Origin: Octopus bimaculoides
Lineage: Eukaryota
NCBI RefSeq assembly: GCF_001194135.2
Contig: NC_068981.1
Span: forward strand, 158,196,499-158,260,498
DNA length: 64,000 bases
Direction of reading: 5' to 3'
Position numbers and translations under genes: made by a program. The notes beneath the pieces were generated by a model, which was not told where the DNA came from, made no database searches, and saw only the letters and a program-made list of their open reading frames with translations. Below are positions 49,630 through 62,689 of this stretch, piece by piece; position 1 is the first letter of the stretch; every line of letters begins with the position of its first letter.

Positions 49630-51171
49630 CTCTTTTGTGTTTCATTCTAGCTGCTTCCCCTCTATAGCAATAGTATAGTCATTAGAGAGTTGGTAGTATC
49701 AGTGGAAATCAATAAGTTATGAGATTCATGACTGTTCATCTCACTCAACAATGCCATTTTTTTGTTTCTGTTTTGGTTTGTTTATAGTTATATTTTTCAT
49801 TGGAAAGAAATCAATATAGTTGTGGATTTCTTTGAGATTGGCAAGAATCTGTTTCTCTTGACATAGTTTCCATCCATCGTTGCAAAAACATTACAGTTTA
49901 TACTGGCTAATCGATATAGTGAGACCATTTTCAGAAAATTACACGTAAGATTACTGAGAATTTTGGTCCTCAATGATGAAAATATAACAGGCATTACACT
50001 CACTTGCAAATATGCAAACACACACAGTCATAAACATAAACATGTTTTTTTTGTCTTATCTGAACAATCTTGTTATTTCTCTTTAACAGCTGCCTACATC
50101 ATTATTTGATTGGAAAATAGCATAGCTACAGTAGGTTTCCATACTTTTAATCAAAATATCAGATCAAATTTATTAACTCTGCAAGGTAGCCTTACAATGC
50201 CTATCAATTCCCTTTCTCTGAAAGCATTTTATAAACCAAAAGGATTCATAACATCAAATTAGTATTTAACATATAGGCTGGCTGCAGTTTAGCTCTTCAT
50301 CATATCTGACTGAACATAAGCAAATTTGTTCCAATTGTATATCTGGATCTATATTTTTCAGTGTGTCTTTCCATTTCTAAAATAAGGTGTATGTGAAGGA
50401 CATCTGGCCATTATTTCTTGCAAGTGAAATAGCTGCTCAGAGGCTCTCTTGCAGACTTGTTTCATTATTGTTGATTAACTCCAGATCAGTCCCTGTCAAA
50501 CACGCTTATCATTAAAGACATTCCAACCATAATCATGCCATCTTTCATTTGTTTTTCGGAGACAAGACTATAAAATCTAATGTATCATTTTAAAAGGGAA
50601 TAGGATGTAATATGAGGGAGATTCAGCCACTATTTTTAGCTGGTTGAGTGACCTCATACAAGCTTTCCCAGACTTTTTTTTATTGTTGTTTTTATATAAT
50701 ACATATTTGAAAAGCTGTAAATAGTGAAAGCACTTAATACAATACAAAACTTCTATTTCATGTCATTCTGATTTTTTTATATAAATAATTTTAAATTAAA
50801 ATCATTCTTCAAACATTGTGACTATATCAAGAACTCTTACAAAAAAGTTTTTAGATATGTTTCTTGGGATGGGAGTAGGCCATGTGCTTCCTTGTCGTAA
50901 CATTTATGATAGTTGTAAGTTATAGCTGTAAGTGAGTTGGATTACCCTTTTTCAGTATGCAGTCAAGGAGCATTCTAGATGTTGGAGCAGGGCTTCACTG
51001 TGGGCCTCACCTGAACTTTAGAGAGAATCGGTAATTGATGAGGAACAATACTCCATTTTGAGCCTCCTCTGAACTTTGTAGAGTGTCAGTCTCACTGAAA
51101 TCAGTATTTTGGGGGATTGGTAAAATATCAGTCCAGTCTTGGGATTGAATTCCCCCACCTTTCTCTCTCTC

Positions 51172-51213
<42 letters not shown>

Positions 51214-51673
51214 CTGTGTTCAGACCTGGAGAGAAATTAAGAGATTAAGACTGAAGATAGAAATGAAGGAATTTACATGAGATAATCATTTTATTTCCAA
51301 AATTTACTTTATTACATGATGCCTGTCACCAGATTCGGGCTTATTAATTTTGAAAGATCTCCAGAACTGAATTTTTGTTAAATCTGTTTAAATTCTGCAC
51401 CCCCACCCCCATAATTGTTCTGACTTTTCAAGGAATCTAGAATCAGTTCATAATTACTGGGTGGAGCTTCAAATGCTTAAAAACAGCTATTAATTTCACA
51501 TATTGATGTATTTTAAAAGATATTACTACCTACCTTCCACTTACACTTTCCATCCTGTTGTTTGTTCGTACTGTTCATGCTTCAAAATAAAATGTTATAT
51601 TGGGCATTTTAGTAAAAATAAGGTAATACAATTTTCTGAGATGAGAAATTTATGTATTTGTTGGAGCAGTGTC

Positions 51674-52164
51674 TTCATCTTCATTGTTGCTTTTCACTAT
51701 GTTTTATCTCTTGTATGCTCCAGCCTCTTTCAGGTGTCTTGTGATTCACCTTGGTGCCTTGCCTGGAATTGAACTCAAAACCTCTAGGTAACTGCACTGC
51801 ATTAACCAATCCCTTTACCCACTACACTATGCCTGTAGGAAGTGTCAGAGTGAATTTCTAAGGCTTATAAACTGCCATTAATGTCTCATGTTAGCTATGT
51901 TTCCTCATCTCAAACAGATAGAATTTTATCAACCTATCAGTATGGAGCCAACATGAAACATCAGTGGAGGTTTATGAGCCTTAGATATTCACTATGACAC
52001 TGCCTACAGGCGTAACATTGTGAATAAAGTCACTGGTTAATGCAGTGCAGTCACCTAGAGGTTGAATTCAGTCCCAGACAAGACACTAAGATGAACCACA
52101 AGACACCTGAAGTAGGCTGGAGCATACATAGCCAAAATGTAGTGAGAGCAACAACCAAGATGAC
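51674..52164. repeat. About 490-bp imperfect palindrome; each arm carries a decayed hammerhead of the 3.2-kb family
   Basis: Arms about 51674-51896 and 51946-52164. The right arm has gacac ctgaagt aggctg gagcatacat agcc aaaa tgt a gtg (52102-52146). Confidence 0.75.
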
Positions 52165-53056
52165 TCCCATTCTGACTAATACATAATATATAGAAATGAA
52201 CTAGTATCTAGATCATCCAAAAAGAAGAGTGGATATTTCTCTCATTTTTAATTCCTTCAATAACCACGAGAAATTTCAGATTGGTGAGCCATTAAAGGTA
52301 CTGGACAATCAACCTAAGAGAAAGTAGATGATTTTCTATTACCATCTGCTATCCTGCATCCATGGTCTAACACTTCTGATAACATTTTTTTTCTTTTTGT
52401 CTCTGGCTAGTATAGCATATTCATAGACATTTTACAGTTTATCTTAAATTTGTTACCTGGTTTTAACACCATCACTTAGTCCTTGAATACCTTCAGCAGT
52501 GTTGACTCTGAGACAAGCACTCAGACCAGGTTTCTCTCTCTCCCACCAGTCTCTGGGGCTCTGAAAAAAAATGAAAATGGTCATAAGTATTGCTTATTAA
52601 AATGATTTAAAAGATACATAAATTTACATCCCTTTTAGAATTACACCCTGGCTCATGGATTGAGAATAACAGACTTCAATATTAAGTAACCATAACTGCA
52701 ACAAACACAATTGCAGCCATCACCATCATTGGCCACACATATCAATAATGAATCTGATGTGGTTGTTTGTCTTGCTAAAATAGTAACCAAATCTCCATTA
52801 ACCCCCTTGATACCAACCTGCCTGAGACTGCTCCTGGTTTTATAATACAAACTTTTTGTTATAAAGCAATCTAAATCAAATTATGTTGATCTAAATTATA
52901 AGTTATCTAAATTGAAATTTTTCATGAAAATTTCATGTTCATTTATGTTTCAAACACTAATTGAATGATCTTAAAGTTATCTTACTAAATTTTTTCATTC
53001 CTTTCAATGTTAATTGAAACAAAAGTAGTGTATTTCAACAGAATTACAGTTATGGC

Positions 53057-53446
53057 TGTGGAGGCGCAATGGCCCAGTGGTTAGGGCAGCGGACTTGCGG
53101 TCATAGGATCGCGGTTTCAATTCCCAGACCAGGCATTGTGAGTGTTTATTGAGTGGAAACACCAAAAAGCTCCACGAGGCTCTGGCAGGGGATGGTGGTG
53201 AACCCTGCTATACTCTTTCACCACAACTTTCTCTCACTCTTACTTCCTGTTTCTGTTGTGCCTGTAATTCAAAGGGTCAGCCTTGTCACACTGTGTCACG
53301 CTGAATATCCCCGAGAACTACGTTAAGAGTACACGTGTTTGTGGAGTGCTCAGCCACTTGCACGTTAATTTCACGAGCAGGCTGTTCCGTTGATCGGATC
53401 AACTGGAATCCTCGACGTCATAAGCGACGGAGTGCCAACAACAACA
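53057..53446 (+). mobile_element. Full-length tRNA-SINE with (AAC)n tail, 11-bp TSD
   Basis: Same family as 23991. TSD acagttatggc at 53046-53056 and 53447-53457. Confidence 0.9.
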
Positions 53447-55089
53447 ACAGTTATGGCATAAGTGTGGAACATATTTTTAAAAATTGAAATTGTTTTGCTT
53501 ATGTACAATTAAATTCAAATATATACAATGTAGAAAAATATTTACCGCATAATTGATCCAGTGGTTCAATATCTTCTGATTGAACCATCAGATCAGTTAT
53601 TTAGTAAGTATCTATCTATGTTGTATATATTTGAATTGAATTGTATTTAGGCATAACAATTTTAATTTTAAAAATCTTTTTGCCATGACATTATAGTAAC
53701 AGAAGGTTTAAACCATGGGTCACCAAAAGGAAAAAGCATTTGATAATAAGTATGCTTTGTGAAGGCTGAATTAGTGCTAAAACAACGTGAAGGATAACAC
53801 CACCAGCACCACACAAGCAACAATCACCAGAACAACTACCATAACAATAACATGACACAGAAATATAAACAACCAATCGACAAATAATATAAAGTGTTCA
53901 GTTGTAAACCTACTAAACACTCCGCCATGTGTTACCAGCTTGCTAAAGATGTCAGCCCTTTGGTAGTGGTAGTAGTGGTAGTGGTAGTAGTAGTTATTGC
54001 AGTAGTATCCTAATAGTTTTCAAGAAAAGTTACTTGACCCAAAGGTGCCTGTTTCTGTAGATTATACAAAAGCAGGTAATAAGCTTACCACTCCTCTCGC
54101 CCCATATGGTCTGCAGAACTTGTCTCATTGACCATTCTGATGTCAAAAGCCTAATGTGTAATACTGGTCTGTAAACCCATACATGTAATCTTTATTGGGT
54201 GGGACCCTGGAGTTAGGTCATTGTTCCCTGCTGTTACTTCTACCATCACCACCAACACTACTACTGCTACTGTTACAATAATAATAGTAATTGTAATATT
54301 GTCAATAAAATAACTGTTAAGAACCAGGATCAATATAATCAATTAACTCCACTCCTCTCAAGTTTACTAGTCAATCGTCTAAATTAGAAACAGTTGTAGT
54401 TATTGGAGAAATCAAAAGGCAGAGTAACCTTAGTAGGATTTGAACTTACATTCCGAGTTCAGACCCTGCATTTGGAGTCCTTGGTATCAACTAGACCCCT
54501 CACCCAAGATTGCTGACCTTGTACCTAAATCAGAAGTTGTTGTTATTATTATTATTATTGTTGTTGTTGTTGTTGTTGTTTCTATCATTATCATCATCAT
54601 CAGTAGTAGTAGTAGTAATAGTAAAGATGGTGGGCTGATAGAATTGTTTATTTTTTCTGAGTTCAAATGTTACTGGGGGTTGACTTTGCTTTCATCCTTT
54701 CAGGGTTGGTGTAACTGATTAACCTCCTCCCACAAAAATTTCTGACTTGCCATGCCTATAGCAGAAAAGTCATCGTCATCATCATCATCATTTAATGTCT
54801 GCTTTTTATGTTGGCATGTGTTGGACGGTTTGGCAGGAGCTGACCAGCTGAAGAGGTGTTCAGGCTCCCTGTCTGTTTTGGCATGGTTTCTATGGCTGGA
54901 TGCCCTTCCTAATGCCAACCATTTTACAGAGTGTACTGGGTGCATTTTTACCTGGCAGCAGCACCTATGAGCCCGTGAGATTAGGGATGGTCAGCTGGAG
55001 AGGGTTGCATGGGACAAGCCTGTACGCAAGGACAACCACGCTTTTACTTAGCTTGATGTGTCTTTTCAAGCACAGCAAACTGCCAGGAG

Positions 55090-55137
<48 letters not shown>

Positions 55138-55164
55138 GTAGTAGTAGTAGTAGTAGTAGTAGTA

Positions 55165-55377
55165 AAATGGCGAGCTGGCAGAATCATTAGCATGCTGGGC
55201 GAAATGCTTAGTGGCATTTCATCTGCCACTACATTCTGAGTTCAAATTCCGTTGAGGTCAACTCTGCCTTTCATCCTTTCAGTGTTGATTACATAAGTGC
55301 CAGTTATGCACTGAAGTTGATATAATTGACTTACCCCACCCCAATTTCAGGCCCTTATGCCTATAGTAGAAAGGATT

Positions 55378-55405
<28 letters not shown>
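55165..55405 (+). mobile_element. Meta-like SINE, tail b with (ATT)n, strongly CpG-decayed
   Basis: tggcgagctggcagaatcattagcatgctgggcg...gtcaactctgcctttcatcctttc...ggcccttatgcctatagtagaaagg(att)n. Partial copies at about 36300-36490 (-), 54620-54770 (+) and 55860-56050 (-). Confidence 0.8.
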
Positions 55406-55425
<20 letters not shown>

Positions 55426-56359
55426 GGTAGTAGTAGTTGTTTTTGTTTTATTCAACTCAAAGAAGAGAAATGGTTTCCATGTTTTTTGTTTGTTTTGTTT
55501 TTTGCATTTCTTCCCAGAGTACAATCTACTTGGCCTTTTGCAGGTGGTTGTCTATAAGAAAATCATAAGTTGAAGATGCAGGAAGAAAAAACTGGGTGGT
55601 GTGTCTAACTGGAGATAAAACTTACTAAGGCAGTCAAAGAGAAGGAGATAAACAGGAGTATCTGCTAGGGTTGGATAGGGATTAAGAACTGTTCCATATT
55701 TTATGGATGGTGGGATGCATTTTGCTTTTTGCGTAATAGCTATGCCACCCAGACATGTGATCAGCACTCCTGTGTCAAATACTTACAGTGGTGGTAGTAA
55801 CATTATCATCATCAGTAACAGTTCTTGTAGTAGTAGTAGTAGTAGCAACAGCAATAGTAGTATATAATGGTTCTAGTTTTGGTAGGAGGCCATAAAAACT
55901 GTGTTGGTGGAAATTGTCAATTGGATCAACCTAGCTTGTCACTGAAATTTATTGTATTGACCTTGAAAAGGCTGACGTTAAAGTTGTCTTTGGTGAAATT
56001 TGAACTCGCAACATAGAGATGTTACTATATTACTGCAAGACATTTAATCCCTGTCCCAGTCCCATACTGTTTCTCACACTCCAGTTACCTTTCTAAAAGC
56101 ATTGTTTTCTTATGATATAGTGCAAGATTCACAGATTTCATCTGGAGTGTGAAATTGAGTTGTGAGTTCCCCCCACCTTTTTAGCGCTTCACATCATCTA
56201 TATATGTCACTGCAGAAATTACTGTTTAGTGACTAATTTTATGTGCACATATGGAAACATATACAAGCTGTCACATTGATGAAAATAGAAATATTCATGA
56301 GAAAATTTTTTTTATCCTTCTAAAGTCAATAAAATACACTCTGCCTCTCTCTATTTTGC

Positions 56360-56395
<36 letters not shown>

Positions 56396-56954
56396 TATAA
56401 GTTAGGATTGTTTAAACATCCAAGTGGTAGGCTAGAAGTGTTTAAGCAACTATGGGATAATTAAATCCAAAGGCGCTCCTGGAGATTACCTGTGTGGGTA
56501 CTGTCTTTGTTAGAAGGTATCCAGAGGCAGGTAATTTATCATGTAAATCATAGTTTATAAGTATAATCATGTAGAGAATGGAGAAACAAACACAGGAAGA
56601 AGCAGGTCGATTGCGCTAGTTAGCCATTAATTTAATCAATTAGGTAGAGATTATGTAATGTTCCATTTATGATTGTTTCGATTTGCCAATTTAATTGGCA
56701 AATCTCTTCAGAATGCTGAGAAGTCTGTATAAATGCATGGTGTGAGAGATGAAGGTATGGAAAGGTGGAGGATATCCTAATATATAAGAATGCATATAGT
56801 GGTGTGAGAACAGAGGTATGGTATAGTGAGTCTTACATTTTAGTCGAAATCAGGGTTAATATTATTTCTGCGAAGGAGAGGTATATATATATATATATAT
56901 ATATATTGCTTAGGTAGGCAAGGTAGGAAATGCTTTCTTTCTGTTTACATGTAT

Positions 56955-56992
<38 letters not shown>

Positions 56993-57531
56993 CATTCGAG
57001 CGAGATCGTGCCAGTGCCGCTGGACTGGCTTCTGTGCAGGTGGCACGTAAAATAGACCATTTTGAGCGTGGCCATTGCCAATACCGCATGACTGTTGTTT
57101 AGCTGTTTAACAAAAAACACTGATAAAGTAAGTACCAGGCTTAACAAGAAAGTAAATACTGGGGTTGATTCATTTGACTAAAACAAATTGTTCAGTCTAT
57201 TATATGTATATTTCTGCCTCACCAACATCTACATGAAGGCATGTGACCTAGTGTGTAATTGTCTGCTTCCCCTTACATTTATATGGTCCCTCAGAAATTA
57301 GCCAAATTTCCATCAAATTTCACCTTACCAACAAGAAAGATATATTGGGTAATATGGTCCCAGATATACTATGTCCAAAAAATAAATAAAAATAAAAAGG
57401 AGATAGGAAATCTTGGCTAGAACTCTTTTCATTTAGCTGATCTAAAGCTAAACAACAATTACATCAGAAAGTGGGGTATGGATTTCCGAACCATCTTAAA
57501 TGATATATTCTTTTCTGACTATATTTAAGAT

Positions 57532-57917
57532 GTGGAGGCACAATGGCCCAGTGGTAAGGGCAGCGGACTCGCGATCATAGGATCGCGGTTTCGATTCCCA
57601 GACCGGGCGTTGTGAGTGTTTATTGAGCAAAAACACCTAAAAAGCTCCACGAGGCTTCGGCAGGGGATGGTGGCGAACCCTGCTGTATTCTTCCACCACA
57701 ACTTTCTCTCACTCTTACTTCCTGTTTCTGTTGTGCCTGTAATTCAAAGGGTCAGCCTTGTCACACTGTGTCACGCTGAATATCCCCGAGAACTACGTTA
57801 AGGGTACATGTGTCTGTGGAGTGCTCAGCCACTTGCACGTTAGTTTCACGAGCAGGCTGTTCCGTTGATCGGATCAACTGGAACCCTCGACGTCGTAAGC
57901 GACGGACTGCCAACAAC
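57532..57917 (+). mobile_element. Full-length tRNA-SINE with (AAC)n tail, 11-bp TSD
   Basis: Same family as 23991 and 53057. TSD atatttaagat at 57521-57531 and 57918-57928. Confidence 0.9.
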
Positions 57918-58114
57918 ATATTTAAGATATAAAAGGTCATTTCTCATTACTGTGTTACTATGGACTTAGACATTGCAAACACTTGGTTGTAGGTTTGATC
58001 CCACTGTATAGAACTTTGGACAACAAATGTCCTCTACCAAAAGTCTTGTGTTGGCTGGTACCTTATGAATTGAATTTGGTAGATGAAGACTGCAGAAGCC
58101 CTTTATATACTTAT

Positions 58115-58292
58115 GTGGCACGTAAAAGCACCGACTACACTCTCGGAGTGGTTGGCATTAGGAAGAGCATCCAGCTGTAGAAACTGCCAAATCAGATTGG
58201 AGCCTGGTGTAGCCATCTGGTTCACCAGTCCTCAGTCAAATCGTCCAACCCATGCTAGCATGGAAAGCGGATGTTAAACAATGATGATGATG
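58115..58292 (+). mobile_element. RTE-tail repeat copy
   Basis: gtggcacgtaaaagcacc...ggcattaggaagagcatccagctgtagaaac...ccaacccatgctagcatggaaagcggatgttaaac(gat)n. Confidence 0.8.
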
Positions 58293-60674
58293 TGTGTGTG
58301 TGCATGTGTAAAAGACTATGTAGCACTCACAGTCAAGTATTAGCTGTATGTACCAAACTTTTCCTAATTGTTTTAGGTGCTTGTGTAATCCCAAGCAGAC
58401 ATAAATACTCTCTTGATCCTCCCAGTCTTTGACATCAATAGCACATCTATGATGTGACAGATGAGAAATAGTGTCTGTTGCACCAGTACTTGACTGATAT
58501 GCATTTCAGCTCACTAGGCTTGAGCAATGTGAAATGAAGTATTTTGTTCAAGGAAACAATATACCACCCAGTCCAGAAATTGAACCCTTGACTATATGAT
58601 CATGAATCAAACACCTCTAACCATTAGGTCATGTACCTAACAAATTCAAAGGCGCATTGACTGCTGTAAAGAGACAGAGGTGAAAGTTTAACAATAGACC
58701 TAGTAGTTTCTCAGCAATGGAATGGCATGTTCTTTGTTGCTGAGCCCCAGGTTAGCTTTAACTGATCAGAGCAGACCTGTGATCAAGCATATTCCATTCA
58801 TGACCATATTGTCCTTCTTTTAAGCATTGTGTTTCATAGAATACATTAGCTAATGTGTCCCCATCTTTTCAATAAATTAGAGTGTAATTTGATAGAGATT
58901 TGACTACCATTTCTAGCAGGGTGAAGGAAGACTTTGAGGCTTCTTCATTTTGTTTTTTGTTTTCTCATTTTCTCTTTGTTGTAATCTGGTGTGTGTGTGA
59001 GAGAGAGAGAGACATAATGTGATTTATATAAAGTTAATGCACTCTGTAAAATGGAGGTAATCTCCCAGACATCTGAGTTGTTGTTGTTGTTTCTATTGTT
59101 TAGCCACAGGCTAGCCATAATTGAAGGGACTATGCACTCTGTCAATAACTAGCCTATAATTTGCTTATTTGCAGAGTAGCTAGGAGGGTATTTTCTAAAA
59201 TAAATTGTGATTTGAGAGAAATTTAGCTATGATTTTTAGCAGGCCAAATGACTATGTACAGGCTTCCTTATAGGATGTAGTTCTTAGTTGAGCCATTTCA
59301 TTTCATCTACTCATCATATCTGCAATTTTTTACTGTACTTAATTTCCAGATAGGCTGCTGCCAGGTTAGCCTGCCCTAAACACACTAAATGAAGTTGTGT
59401 CTGCCAGGGTGACTCATTGACCTATTATAGGTTAATATGTGTGATTGTTGAAGCATTAACAACTGTGGAATGCTTAAACATTGTTATTTTTTGTTTACCC
59501 TGGGTCAGACCCATCCTTTCTTAAGATTGTAGGCTGTAATATGGAGGTAACTTGGTTTATATTTCTAGTGGTTTGATTAATCATTTAAAAGCTTCCTCAC
59601 TGACTAATGTGCTTAAGCCTCAGGAGAAAATTCAGAATTTGTACTGCTATCAGTGTTAGACTTTCTCAGCCCTTCCTAGATATTAAGCAGTCTTAGTTTT
59701 TTATAGATTTTAAGTTGATTTGTAGAAATTTTAATATAGGCATGGGCATGGCTGTCTGATAAAAAGTTTGCTTCCAAACCACCATCTGGCATCTTGGACA
59801 AGTGTCTTCTACCATAACCCCAGGCCTAACATAGCCTTGTGAGATTTGGTAGTCAGAAACTAAAAGAAGCCCTTTTCAGGAACAGTTTACTCCTGGATAA
59901 CATTATGGCAGTGAACTGGCCAAGTTGTTTGAGTATTAGATAAAATATCTGAATTCAAATCCCACCAAGATTGATTTAAAAAGTACCAATATAGGATAAT
60001 GGATTTGCCCGAAATGTTTGAGGTTAAGATGCCTTACAGTGTCTCTTTTGCAATACCTATAATAACTCTGGTGCCAAACTGTAAATGTTCAAGTTAATGG
60101 CTTTAACCTTGGATAAACATTGTTGACATGGAAAGGGGAGATTTGTATCTTTGGTCAACAACAAGTCTTCTCCAAAAACTTTTTCCCAGATGTGCACATT
60201 TGTATGTAGATGCATGGTCAAACTTAGATTAACAGAGGCCTTAGGACTACATTTTCTGATACAAGCAAAGCCACTTTTACTAGGATAGTAAGGTGTGATT
60301 CAGTGGAGACTTAGTTGTTATTTCTTGTGAGTGAGGCAATCACATAGTCGTTCCTCATTTTGGCTTAATTCCCATTAATCCCTGCCTTTGAGTGTGAACC
60401 TAGATATTAGCCTTTTCTTCAGCACATTTCTGATGAAATATACTGCTTGTATTTTTGAATTAATTATGGAAATAATCAACATTCTAAAGGGATTTAGTAA
60501 ATCAAAATTTGTCATTATTAAATCGATGTTTGGACTTAACTAAACATTCTTATATAAAATTATGTTGATTAGTTTCAATTTAAATACTAACCTCTTAAAA
60601 CAGGCATTTTGTATCATAGAATTAGGGACTGTTTCAACAAAATAGTTGCCAAGAAAGAGTTAAGAGATCTTTTA

Positions 60675-61048
60675 TCTTTTACTTGTTTCAGTTGTTAGAC
60701 TATGGCCATGCTGGGGCACCACCTTGAAGAATTTTAGTCAAACAAATCAACCCCAGTACTTTTCTTTTTTTTAATCCTGGCACTTATTCTATCAGTCTCT
60801 TTTGCTGAACCACTAAGTTACAGGGGACATAAGTACAGCAACACCGGTTGTCAAGCAGTGGGGGCGGGACAAACACAGAACAAAGACACACATGCACTTA
60901 AACACACACACAACAGGCTTCTTTCAGTTTCCGTCTACCAAATTCAATCACAAGGCTTTGGTCGGTTCAAGGTGCCATGCAGTGGGACTGAACCTGGAAC
61001 CATGTGGTTGGGAAGCAAGCTTCTTACCACACTGCCACACTTGCACCT
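60675..61048 (-). mobile_element. Full-length CORE-type SINE (CpG-decayed)
   Basis: Reverse complement of the family from head to tail. Confidence 0.8.
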
Positions 61049-62037
61049 GTTCATGGATAATCATGGTTATTTCTAATATTTATATTTTATTTAGTCAGTT
61101 GGAAAGGCAATACCTACGATTATTTACAGAGTCTCTGAGTCTGGCAGGAGTGCACTAAAGAAGGTATCTTTGTACTAGAGATTTGATCTAAATGCTTACA
61201 AGAGAATGGACTCTGCTAAAGGCACCCATGGTGCTAGGTAATGATATTAAACTGGGCGAAGGATCAAGTCTACCACTCAAGTAAGCCTTGGCAGGACTTG
61301 AACTCTGAACACAAAGAGACTGAACAAATACCACAAGGTGTCTGGTTCAACATTCTTTCAGTTCCAGCATTCCACCTCCCAACATTGATTTTTTTTTTTT
61401 TTTTTTTTTTTTTTTATTGATTCCAAAAGAACGAGAGACAAGGTTGATCTCAGCAAAGATTTGAACTCACACCACAAAGAATTGGAACAAATACCATAAA
61501 GTATTCTATCTGCTACTCTAACGACTCCCCTAAATTACAGCCTAATCTCTGATATATTCTGTATGCCTCCTCTTTGTTCATTTAACCCTCCTTCCTGTCA
61601 CTACCTTCAGTCCAGTTTTGGTAGTGTTTAATGTCACAAACTCCATAAAAACTTGTTGGTAACAGTTTCATGTCTGCTTTACAAATGAAAAAGGTCACAT
61701 AAAATACTGTAAAATACCAAAACAAATGTGCGACTGGTACTAACTAACAATTACTGGTGAATCTAACAGTCGTTAGATGTATAAAAGTTTGCATTACATA
61801 AAGAGAGAGAAAGAGAGGGCAGACAGACAGACATAGATGTAAACCATGCATACATTCAGACAGTTGGGTAAATATGCATATATGTTCAAATATATAGGTG
61901 TGTATAAAAGTATGCATCAGTGATTCTCTACAGGAATGTATGATTTCATTCTGTGTCTGTATATGTATGCATATAGATACATATATTTGTTGTGTGTATG
62001 TGTGCATATCACTCTCTGAGTCTCTCTCTCTCTCTGT

Positions 62038-62108
<71 letters not shown>

Positions 62109-62134
62109 CATATATGCACATATATGTGTGTTGT

Positions 62135-62560
62135 CATCATCATCATCATTGTTTAACGTCCGTTTTCCATGCTGGCATGGGTTGGACCATTTGACTGGGA
62201 TCTGGAAAGCCAGAAGGCTGCACCAGGCTCCAGTCTGATCTGGCAGTGTTTCTACAGCTGGATGCCCTTCCTAATGCCAACCACTCCGATAGTATAGTAG
62301 GTGCGACCAGCACAGAAGCCAGTCAAGGTGACGCTGACATCAGCCACGTTCGGATGGTGCTTTTTACATGCCACCAGTACGAGGATCACAACTACAATTT
62401 CCATTTGATTTTGATGTACTTGACTCAGTAGGTCTCCACAAACACAGCATGTCGCCCTATGATCCAGGGTACATTAGAGTGGGCTGGTTATGCAACACTG
62501 GTGTAGGTTACAGCTGTGAACTCACTTTATTTGTCGGGTCTTCTCAGTCACAGCATATCT
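62135..62560 (-). mobile_element. RTE-tail repeat copy
   Basis: catcatcatcattgtttaacgtccgttttccatgctggcatgggttggacc...ggatgcccttcctaatgccaacc. Confidence 0.8.
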
Positions 62561-62689
62561 CCAGAGGTCCCATCTTTCGTCATTGCCTCTGTGAGGCTCA
62601 ACGTTTGAAGGTTATGCTTAACCACCTCATTCTGAACTTTGCCCAGGCTATTCTTATTCTAATAGTAACACTCTCTGAACATCCACCCT

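Noticed and set aside
50090-50130. Exon candidate with a strong acceptor (ttatttctctttaacag) and gtaggt donor
   Set aside because: It has stops in all three frames. It could be a terminal or UTR exon, but there is no supporting evidence.
53057-53130. tRNA genes (also at 24290-24367, 57532-57605 and other SINE heads)
   Set aside because: A/B boxes are present, but there is no complete cloverleaf or oligo-T terminator, and each continues into a SINE body with TSDs.
60426-60478. Possible hammerhead starting CTGATGA at 60430
   Set aside because: There is no GAAA after the weak stem and no valid stem III or cleavage triplet.
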